DNA of 64,000 nt from Pocillopora damicornis (Eukaryota), in assembly GCF_003704095.1 (NCBI RefSeq), contig NW_020844573.1, positions 186,001 to 250,000 of the forward strand, written 5' to 3'. Below are positions 53,216-64,000 of the stretch, one piece after another. Numbering within the stretch: position 1 is the first letter of the stretch; every line of letters starts with the position of its first letter. The position numbers were made by a program, and so were the translations under genes. A model generated the notes under the pieces. That model was not told the DNA's origin. It ran no database searches and saw only the letters and a program-made list of their open reading frames with translations.

Positions 53216-56200
53216 TTTACTACACTTTGAAAAGCCTGCAGACAGCTTACTTTTTACATAACAACCAACTTTCGATGAGCTCTTGCAGAGTATTTTCCTT
53301 CTGCTGACTTCAACAGTCACATGAAGTACAATTCATATAACTTTTCTAGGGACAAAAGATGCAGTGGGAAATCTTTGAGAAAAAATTTGGAAACAATACA
53401 TCTCAAGCTAGGAACAGAAGTACAGGCAACAGTGAACAAATAAATAATTGCAGCAACTTTACCTAACTTTTAGATTCATTTAAAAAATCATGGTCATGAA
53501 ACAGCTTGCTTTATGCTACATCTATACCTGAGACTATAAAATAAATTTTCAATTCTGTAACGCATGTTGCTCAATCAGCTAAAATATTGAGAGAAAAGTG
53601 TGTAACAGGAGAAAGGAATCTGTTGATAAAATAAGAAAAAATAAGACCAGAGAAATTGGACACTAAATCCTTCTCTGCTTAGCTAAATGATCATAAAACA
53701 TCAGGGCTCAAATTACCTTTACCACTCTACTCGTCTAGAATTTGTTCAACCCATGAGATTGAATGAATCACATCTACCTGTGTCTGAAATAGTCTCTCCA
53801 CTACGATTCTACCCAACGTTATCTAATGTTCCCTTATCTTACGTAAACTCGCATTTTATACCCTATTCACACCAGCAAAACACGTTTTGTTAAATTGACT
53901 TTTACTGAATGAAAATCACAAAGAGAGAACTGGAAAAATTTAATTTTGCGTAGGATTCAAGTACTTGCTAACTTGCATTTCCAATGTGCTATATTTTAAG
54001 TAGGAAATATTAGGTAAAGATGGTTCTACTAGTATAACAAAACAACTTTAAAACATGTTTAAGCTTTGGTGTGAATGGGTTATTAGAGAAAATTGGCAGT
54101 TTATATCATTTGTAAGAGAGCTCCCTTAATTCGCTTTTCCGACGCCCCTTTCCATCCCTGCACTGGGAAATGACATAACATTCGTTTTAAAGAAAGTTAC
54201 TGCTGACTTGATTGATCACCCAACTTATTACAAGAAAACAAAATTTACCGCTCTGAATTTAACCCCTCGCAGTGCTGCGTCATTTTCTTTACAAACTTGC
54301 CCTCTCAGTTCCTTAATCATGCTTGCTATTATGGGCGTACGGAACAAGTAGAACTTTTCCATGAAGAAGGCCGTGTCACATTTTCGTGTTGTGGGACACT
54401 TCGTCAAAAAGAAAACAGAAAGTTTAGCTTTTTGATAACTGATCCCTACTTTATTACTTACAGAGCTTTATTACTTACAGAGTGACAAAAAAAAAGTTGT
54501 CCTCACATGGCTTTGGCCTGAGGTGGCCTAGTAAAATTGCAGAGAAGAAATACTGAAAGCAATGTGACAGGTTTACATTCACCAAAAAAGCACAACGGTT
54601 AACCACCAACAAGTCGTGTAAAGAGCGTTGTCAATTGGGTTCCGTGACTATTGTGAAGGTAGTGTTCTCGAAGGCTCGATATCACAAGTACTTTCACTAT
54701 TCGACTGAAAATTGTTCGATGGACAAACTTTGCAAGTTTATCGTAATAGAATGAGAGCTCTAGATCTCTTTATCGTGAGAAAAGCGAATATATGTTGTGC
54801 AATGTACAGGATTCAATGATTTTGTTATTACTTGGGGAGGGGAGAGGTCTAACCCGTTCTTTTTTTCTTTCGTTGCGATAGCACGCTTGTTTCCTGTATT
54901 TCATTAAGTTTTATTTGCCACTGTTACTGATTGTTGTTTAGCTTGCCTTTGTATGTCTAGGCTATAATAGCAACAAAGAACCTGAGTAACGCTTTGTACA
55001 GCCTAAAATTTTCCGCTCAATTTTCCGGTTTGTTTTTCGCAATCTCCATCCTCAGCCAACGTTGTTTCGTAATAGTCTGCCCATAAGCTCTTTTGAGTAT
55101 TTCCATCCGACAGCACTAACACTTGATAGTCTCCTGCTAGCTGAAGGTAGTTTGGCACATTATAAATAATGACGTACGCACGAAACTCCTTTAAAAGGTC
55201 CTCGAAAGGAGATTAATAAATACAACGATATTAAGACACCGAAGGCGAAACTCTTGATAATAGTTAACGTTACCTAGATCTCCTGCTGGGAGAAAAGTGG
55301 AAGATACACTTTCTACCGACAACTTGAGTAAATGCTGCAATCACATTAGAATAAACATTGCATCGATCATGTCGATGGAAATAATAAATGAAAGCTTTGG
55401 TACTGTGATTTCCTGTAAACGCTATCCAATCTTGGCGGGATATATCAGTAAATTTACAACGAAAGAGATGGACATCTCTCTCGACAAATCTTACCATTAA
55501 AAACGACAAAGTATTGTAAAATTGATGCCTGCCATTTAGTTTACATTTGAATACTCTTGAAAAGTAAAAAGAAAACAGAAAAAAACGAATCAAGCTTTTC
55601 GACAAGACATATGCATGACTTGGTAAATAGGTCTAATACCTATTATACAGTTAATGCATCATTTACGATTCTGCCACACAATGCCTCATAAAAGAGTCTT
55701 TCAAGAAACTCTTAAAAGGAACTGAAGCACGCAACCCATTGGAAAAGAAAACACTAATGGTTTTCTCTGTTTTTTAATTATGGGTTTCAACCCGTCGTAA
55801 CTCAACAATGTCGGTCCAAAATAAGCAGATGGATATTCTTTCTAGATTCCTCAAGGCTGCTTTAAAAACTGTTCAGACACCGCTTAAATTTCTGTCTCCA
55901 TGTGAAATTACGTCACCCACCGTGAAACAGTTGTTGACCACTGAGAGATATAGAGACACCTGGTCAGGTGTGGCTATGAATGCAGTATGAAGCGAAAGGG
56001 AATTCTGGCCTTGGCCCCCATGCGCCAGTCAATGTCTTCTATTTCTATTGTTACGTGTATTTTTGGCCATTACTCCAAATTTCGCCTTTTAAATGATGCG
56101 GTGTATTCAATAAATGTCGGCATTTAATCACAACACAAGAGGAATCGGTTGAAGGCGTGTAATGTTCCGGTAAATCTATTTTCTTTGTGGTGAACCGACT

Positions 56201-58290
56201 ACAGTATTTTTTCCGTTGCGGTCTATGTGAACTTTAATTACTAAATATAGAAATTTAACTCTGCACGGATCCGTGATTTCCATAAAATGAGGAGATTTGA
56301 AAAACATCGCTTAAGAGCGTGACTGAAAATGAAGCAAGTTAATGGTTTCATAAAAAGGAAAGGAACCTCGAGATTCGTCGAGACAGTGAAGTCTACAAGT
56401 TTATTAGACAAACATTCGGCTTTGTTTTCCTAATTTTTAACATAAGTATTATTTCTTTTGTTTTCTCTTTTCAATTCTGAGACTCCTGATGGCAAACTTC
56501 AGTAACTCTACATAAAAGTCGTTGCGTTTTTGTTTTTTTTTAAAAAGGATGGTCGTGGGTCATGTTTGTTTTGAAGTTTAGCATAGATTTTGGTCTAAGA
56601 GAAAAAGCATATTTTACGATGAATGCAAACAATAAACACAGCAAATCAAGACACGTGTGTATTATCAGTCACGACATGCCTGTCATGTATGATCGATTAG
56701 AAATCAAAAACAAAAAACACAATTCAGGATCCACCGTCCCTTGTGTTTTACATAATGGTCGAAGAGTTTAAAATGTCGTTGATTTTCACAACTGTTGACA
56801 CTCATTAACCTTGAGAAAGATTAAAAGGATTTCCAAAAGAAAGGTTCGGCTGTGAAATGGCGCCGGCACAAAACTCAACCTCACTTGTTTATTTTGTAGC
56901 TCGGATCTAAACATCCCTGTGAGACTAATTCCTTTCAACGACTAAATTGCCTGCCATAATCGAGAGGAAATTGTATCACAAAATTGATGAGGCTGTACAA
57001 GGAATAACGCATATGAACAGGTGAACGAACCTTTATTCAACTGGATATTTTGCGCAACAAAAGTTGCAGTGCAAGGCATTAAAAAAGGAAAAACGTCATT
57101 TCCCAACCGCAAATCAATCAGACACGTTGAAGTGTCATTTGGTTGGTGTTTGACCAGGCTTAGACAGGTCCTTCACCCTTAGACAAGGGATTAGCGATGT
57201 AAGTAATCCCCAACACCACTGTGCTCCCGCCGAGATTCTGTCGTCGTAATCAAACAGATGAACGATTAAACGCGAAAAAAGTCTTTTAAGTTTCTCGCAC
57301 CTGTCGCTCTTTTTCCCAAAGAAAGTATTTTGCTTCGTCTATGTTTAGAAAAGGGATAACAGCTTCCGTGCATCGATTGTGAGTAATGGTAAGCATCAAT
57401 AACTAAGAGCTCTTTACGGATTTATCTGATCGGTAATGGGATTAATACTCGTGCATTTTGATCTGTGTCATCACACCAAAACCTAAGAAAGCTCACCAAA
57501 TTTCACCACTAAAACCCGGCTCAAGTGAAGCAATTAAAAACAAACCCACAATACCATACAAACTGGCTTTACCTTTCTCGCATAAAGCTCTCTATGTTTA
57601 TATACAATTTGTGATTTTTTGATCAATGGAAAGACCCTAAAAATTTCATAGGTCTTTGTAACCTCAGCATTACCGGAAATGGAAAGTCTGGCCAGAGAGA
57701 AAAATGTCCGGAAGTATTAAAATTTAGTGAACGGGAAAAGACGGACAGATGGCTAGCAGATTGGGCAAACTTGTATTTACACAAGCAGTTTTAGTGCGTT
57801 AATATCTTCATTTGGCATAAAACGCAATAAAATCTTGACCCCAGGTAATGAGAATTGACAGAGCTTTCAAAAACTTTTCGGACTTAGTTGTTGCGGTCTT
57901 AATTTCTAAGGCGGATTCCATATTTTGATTTCCGAACACTACGAATAATTCAATAGACTGGGCGAGCAGATTGCTTATTAAATCAAACTTTCTCGTTAAA
58001 CTGTTGTTTTTTTTATTAAATCAATTTTGAGGACGAAAACTGCAGGCTTAAAGTACTTAAATGGTTATCACGACCTCAGGAAGATATTTGAGATTGATTT
58101 CGTTGTTAGCCCAAAACAAACATTTCCCACAGCGACTGAAGATACGTCGAGTGGGTACTGAATTGACGCGGTTTCTGTTCGGAAACGCGTTCAACATACC
58201 TTCCAAATAGTTTACATTCAACGAAAATTGCGGGTTCGTCTTGATTGAATGTTGAACACATCTTTCGTGACACACGAGATAAGATCTTAA

Positions 58291-58315
58291 TGAGGGCGGG
58301 GCGCACCAATTAGTC
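58291..58315 (+). promoter_or_regulatory. GC-box plus CCAAT upstream of Zic paralog 3
   Basis: GAGGGCGGGGCGCACCAATTAG: Sp/KLF GC-box at 58294-58301 and CCAAT at 58306-58310, in otherwise AT-rich DNA. Confidence 0.4.
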
Positions 58316-59234
58316 ACTTTAACGTGCCTGTCAGCACTTTCTCGGAAGCCTTGCATGAGTATCGAAATAAATAAGACGGGCACGAAAAAAGGGATTCCAT
58401 TAAAAAACAAAGCATTGAAAAGAAAATAAGACTATAACAACAGACGGGAATCTTAAAAACTATTAAGGTATAGTTAATCACCGAATAAAATAAATAGCCC
58501 GTGGAAATGAAAAGCGATCGATATCTCGTTATCTCGCGACCCTGATCCGCTTAAGTCCAGTTTGGGATTTACAGTACAAACCAGAGAGCTCCTTAGAGAG
58601 ACATAACGAAGAATAGCAGGAAGATAATTGATGATCTTATATAGCTGAATTATAAGATGACCTAAGGTGAGGTAGAATAAAGGTTTAACGCCCCCTAGAA
58701 CGCTTGTCAATGAATCCAATACACCACATACCCGTGCGTAAGAGCTGCCACCACTGTGATACGACGCGGTGTGGTTACCCCTTAAAAGAAGCAAAAGCAC
58801 TAAATTGAGTCTAATTCACACTAATGGATTTTAGAGAGTCTGTTGATGTGTTTTGCATTGGACTGAAATATTCTAGGGTAATCTCCGAACGTCAACAAAA
58901 GCGAGTCTGACCACAGCAGTCGACAACGACAACTGACGCCTACGGGATCAGTGTCGGAGCATGCGTGTGAAAAGCCTGTTCGATGAATGATTGGCCCGTA
59001 AAGCTGCTTCGAAAACAAATTATGCAAGGACCAATCGATTGATAATGCAAGCATCAAGCTGTGATTGAACTCAAAAACACAGATGCAGACGGCCCAGTCA
59101 ACAGCGTTAGGGCAAATAATCATTTACCATCAATCTAGTCTGGATAGTCTCGTCAAAGAAACCACCACAATCTCGGAAGCAAAATATTTTACGAGGTGTA
59201 GGGAAACAGCAAATTCTTACCCGACATTGATGTT

Positions 59235-60557
59235 ATGGACAATCTTTCGATGTTTAGTCAGAGCGCTTCTGTTGGCCATCCGACCGTAGCTGACTTCATC
59301 GAGCCCGGTAAAGATTCTCCATACGTTGGCAATTCGTTCATGGAGCCAAGCCACGGTATGCTCGCGCGAACAGCCTTCAGCTTGGCTCATAGAATTCCCG
59401 AACCTATCGCCGACACCAAGGCAGTGTTTAGCTCTCAAACCACCGGCTATCCATTTACCCCACACACCAGTCAAGTGAGAGCTGCGTGTGCCGCTCAAAA
59501 TCTGAGTAACAGAGATTACCCGCTTCATCGTCAAGACCATCTGCCCGGTTCTAGCTCTTTAGCTCACGGTCCCCACGGACATCCTCTCTACGATCCTGTA
59601 GCACCGGGAACGGGTAGATTTCCTCAATGCCAAGGTCCTTCGATACATTCCAATTTCAGCCCTCTGGCACTGCATCAGGCAAGACCAGACGTTAAACGAC
59701 ACAACTTCTATCCAACAATGAACGGTCCGCCAGATCCTGAGACTTCTCAAAGGCCAGCCTTCACTTTTCCACCGCCAGGCGACATGTACTCGCGAGTAGA
59801 CATGTACTCGCAGTCACCGTACAGTTACGACCATCACCGCCCTCTCAATTATGCTCAGGTTCACTTCACTCAATTCATGAGCCAGCCACCTAACAAAATC
59901 ATGACTTGTGAATGGATTGATCCTCAAAACTACCCCAAGAATAAGATCTGTGGCAAGCAATACACCAGTATCCATGAAATAGTAAGGCATATTAATGACG
60001 AACATGTTAGCCAAAACGACTCTCCACTACATGTTTGCTTTTGGAGAAACTGTGGACGTAACGGACTTCCGTTTAAAGCTAAGTACAAGCTGGTAAACCA
60101 CATCAGAGTGCATACGGGAGAAAAGCCATTCCCTTGTCCTTTCCCTGGATGTGGCAAGCTTTTCGCAAGGTCTGAGAATTTGAAAATTCACAAACGAACT
60201 CATACTGGCGAAAAGCCTTTTGTATGCGAGTTCCCCGGGTGCGATCGCCGTTTCGCCAACTCAAGCGATAGGAAAAAGCACTCCCATGTCCATACGTCAG
60301 ATAAGCCATACAACTGTAAATATCAAGGCTGCAACAAAAGCTACACACATCCAAGCTCTCTTCGTAAACACATGAAGTTGCACGGAATATCGCCTTCACC
60401 GCCGCCATTAATCGACTCAAGCGGACAAGACAGGAGTCATTTAAGTACCCCCTCACCGCCGGAACACATTCGTCTCTCGATCAGTTCGTCAAATAGCCAA
60501 AGCTGCTCGAGTTCACAAAGCGAACGTGAAGTCAACACCAACTGGTACTCGTGTTAG
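59235..60557 (+). CDS. Zic: Zic family zinc-finger transcription factor, paralog 3 (440 aa, uninterrupted ORF)
   Basis: Five C2H2 fingers at 59907-60383. ZOC-like [15 protein letters not shown] motif and ZF-NC-like FTQFMSQP are present. Protein ends NTNWYSC*. Confidence 0.97.
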   Translation: MDNLSMFSQSASVGHPTVADFIEPGKDSPYVGNSFMEPSHGMLARTAFSLAHRIPEPIADTKAVFSSQTTGYPFTPHTSQVRAACAAQNLSNRDYPLHRQDHLPGSSSLAHGPHGHPLYDPVAPGTGRFPQCQGPSIHSNFSPLALHQARPDVKRHNFYPTMNGPPDPETSQRPAFTFPPPGDMYSRVDMYSQSPYSYDHHRPLNYAQVHFTQFMSQPPNKIMTCEWIDPQNYPKNKICGKQYTSIHEIVRHINDEHVSQNDSPLHVCFWRNCGRNGLPFKAKYKLVNHIRVHTGEKPFPCPFPGCGKLFARSENLKIHKRTHTGEKPFVCEFPGCDRRFANSSDRKKHSHVHTSDKPYNCKYQGCNKSYTHPSSLRKHMKLHGISPSPPPLIDSSGQDRSHLSTPSPPEHIRLSISSSNSQSCSSSQSEREVNTNWYSC

Positions 60558-63500
60558 AGGTGGAAGAAAAAAGAGACAACTTATACACAACAACTTCCCT
60601 CAAGGTCAGTCCTGTTGTCAGTAAACCACAATGAGACAAACAAAGCGGTTACATTTTAAGGCCACGGTCGATCTCGACAAAGTAACGGACATTCTGTATG
60701 TAGAATAATGAGTTGTAGGTTTGATATTGTAGCTCTGTTAGAGATTCTATCAATAGTAGGCGTCATGGCTTGAAGACATGACAATAATAATGTACCGATT
60801 GAGAATATCCATATGACTTAAGTTCCTGTGGTGTAGAGTGAGTTAAGCTACCTCAGTTAGCTGTGATTCGGCTAACTACAGGAATCATCACAAAACAAAA
60901 TTATCTGAAAGTCATTCAGATATGGGAACTTTCTTTAGGTGGGGCAAAAATTGAAACAAAAAAACGATCATTCATGTTTGTTCGTTCCTTTAATTATGAC
61001 CGTTAAACGTTTTGCAAGGGACGTCAAAATTATTCACCTAATATTCTAATCTGTTTTTGCAAATGTAGTTCCTCTTCAAGAATGACTAGTTTTTGCTTTG
61101 TTTTTCTTTTGTGTGTAAAAAAGGAAGGATAATAATTAATTCCACTATTGTTTTCAATGCGACATTCAGATGCTCAAAGACAAACCAATACTTTTAACTT
61201 ACGCTAAATTAATATACCAAAACTACTTGCAGTCAACCTTCAACTATACAGAGATCCAAGAAATTATTGCACTCGCTACTCAATGTTTCTTTACCAAAGT
61301 GTATGCTCAGAAAAAGCAGTGCTTACTCTAGAAGAACAGCATGCACCCATGCGAACTGGCAAACTCTACCCGCTTCCTCAACACAAAATTTTTTGTACTT
61401 AACGGAGCAATGTTTCCAGTTTTTCTTTCAGTGGAACTTATGTGGTTAAACACGACATTTTGTTTCTTAGTGTTCGTTTTTAATTAAGCAACGAGAGCCT
61501 TTCGCTGATTTATTTCATTCGCTATTCTATTCCAGTCTTATTCTCTGATGCTAACTTATCAATGTATCGATACATTGTCAACTTTAACTCCGTTTGTTAA
61601 ACTTTACTACACTATTTGCTCTTCTTAAAACACTGTTAGTTGCAGAACAAACTATCAAGGAAATTAGAACTACTGATAAAAAAAAAGACAAATAAAACAA
61701 TTGTGAATGGAGCCGTGGGATAGTGTGTCAACCTCACTTGAAGCGATCCATCACGGATTTAAAGAATTACAGTCGTGTGGGAGAAAGTGTGATGGTAAGC
61801 CACCAATATGTTTTCCTCAGAGGAATATAACGAATATTTTGTTATTTTTGTGTGTCTGTGTGTGTTCACAAGACGCTAAGCGTTGTCCTTGTGAGTAAGA
61901 AAAATACATCTAGCACATTGAACAGGGAGGTCGAACTCAATAGGAACGGAAATTCCCTACGCGCTCTATTGATTGAAACAAAGGCTCTTCATTTTCAACT
62001 TTTGTTCGGTTAAAACTAGGATTATAAAATACCTGAATCCCTAAACATTATAGATTACAGCTTAAATGGATGTTTGATTTCGGTATATTTTTGACTGAAC
62101 TTGTTATCAAGTTAGATAACTTGTTAGTTTCTTCGAAATGAGGTCGGATCACAACGCCCGGCTCTGTTATGTGTAGGTGGGGTCAATTCAAAGCCTGCCG
62201 CATAGAATTCATCGCTAACTCCTTAGCAATTCAGTCGGAAAAACGACGCTATGTTTTCCCACTGACAAGCACACGTTGCTATGCAAGATAACAGGTTACC
62301 TCTTGAATGACCAAATCGATCAAACCATTTGATTTATTGTCAAACGACTAGGCACATTCAACCTCCTGAAACTGTCATTGGACGTGCACATTCAGAAACT
62401 TCTCGTCTCGCAAATCACGTTGAGATACCTAAAAGTAATTTAAAGATTTTTATCTCTCAAATAGGGCACGCACTGATACGAAAAAACTATTTAATGACTG
62501 TGATGATAATCATCTCTAGGCCTAAGGCCGCAAAATCTCGTGGAGACTGTCAACTCGAGTGCCTTGTTTGGGTACTTCTAAACATCCTTGATCTCCCTTC
62601 TTGTGATTCTCGTCCAACGTTCGTAAGGAAGCAGTTATCCACGTAATCCAAAGTCAAACTGAAGGACCATTATAACCAAACGTTCGAAGCTCGAAAGACA
62701 CAGCAGTATTTTTTAGAGGTCAGTACGTACAATAAAATAGTTCGGACTGCTATCGGACTGCTTCCTTCAACAACAGGCAGAATAATGCTCCATGCAGATT
62801 GGTAATTTGAGGGGCTACAATGAACGCCCTGCCTTTCCTTTAGACCGGTTTAAAGAGGAAACCCTTCTTTTTACAATCACAAACACTACTCTCCTAAAAT
62901 AACGGGCTAACAGACGTTATGATAAGCTTTACAACTACGCCGCGACTTTCTTTTGCCGCATGGAGCCAGACAGGTTTTGTTTTCTTTTTTCCCAAGACGT
63001 AATGTTTGGCACTCACCAAGTATGTGCGTACGCTAAGCTAAGGGCAAAACTCATTCCGGTAACGATTTGGATCTGAACTGGTGACTTGTTTTCTGAGAAC
63101 TGTTCTATAAAATAACACGAGAGGGACACGTAAGAGTTAACATCTTAGACCAGACAGGCTGTTTTTTTCGAAGATCATAGCAGTACAACTACGTTTAAAA
63201 AACGATCGCATTTCTACTTCATACGAAGTGTCAACACACAATTTTGGAGTTAAAGCCTTAGTCTTTTATAAAACTGAATATTTTTAGAATTTTTTAGCGT
63301 ACTAATGAACGCTTTCTCGTTTGATACCACTGACAGTGACAACATTCGCTCAACAGTTCACGGTGGGAATTTATTAAGCACATTCTCAAACCAGCAGTTT
63401 TTTGCATTGTCTTTTTCCTTTGACTTTTCCGTTTTCTTTGTACAGAAGGACAAATCTCACAGCGTTGGCTTAAAAAGAGCATGTGACTTATTGTCCTGTA

Positions 63501-64000
63501 GATGAATGCAAAACGGAAGGCAAGGTTTGTTAGAATAATCCCTTTTTTTGGATCTGTCGTTTGCGGTCAAATGAATTTTTAATATGCCCAACGCCTCTTG
63601 AAGGATCGCCATGATACAAACTTAATCACTTCATTTCCGAGAGGAATTACATCTCGAACACTAAGATCTGTACACCGATTTTATTGTTGTAGCTTACCAG
63701 AATACAACCAGCGAGAAGTGCGCGCAAATTTAAGAAAGCTTGCTTCGTGTACTCGCCGTTTAAATCGCCGCAGGATTTCAAGTGTCTCACAGAAAGATGG
63801 AATATAAATACAGGAAGCGGTTGACAATTGAGGCACGATCCAGCCTGCGACTAAACAGAGCTTCCTCCTAAGAGGATTAGTCCCTTTATTTTAAGAAACT
63901 CATTTTGATCCGATTTCTAGACCTTTATAACATTACTGATATACATGTTGGAGAAAAAACTATATATCACTCTCTACCTGTTCTCGAAAAAAAAAAAAGG

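Noticed and set aside
9463-60456. Antisense and alternate-frame ORFs overlapping the Zic genes (e.g. 9463-9657 and 59930-60157, similar to each other)
   Set aside because: They are shadows of the conserved sense-strand zinc-finger codons, not independent genes.

Overview
Eukaryotic, AT-rich, mostly non-coding DNA. The only clear genes are three co-oriented (+ strand) Zic/odd-paired C2H2 zinc-finger transcription factor genes with uninterrupted ORFs: 8777-10030, 39766-41169 and 59235-60557. They are separated by about 30 kb and 18 kb with no other recognisable intact gene. All three lack the bilaterian ZF3/ZF4 intron and sit in tandem, which points to a cnidarian Zic cluster. A stony coral is plausible from my recollection of the repeats; this is inference. 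The spacers contain a decayed hAT-like DNA transposase, a tRNA-derived SINE-like relic with an inverted second head, two degenerate ~20-bp minisatellites, short duplications and several candidate cis-regulatory islands (Zic-like, Sox, E-box, CCAAT). I found no prokaryotic system, CRISPR array, rRNA or intact tRNA. Small exons of spliced genes or lncRNAs could be missed by eye.
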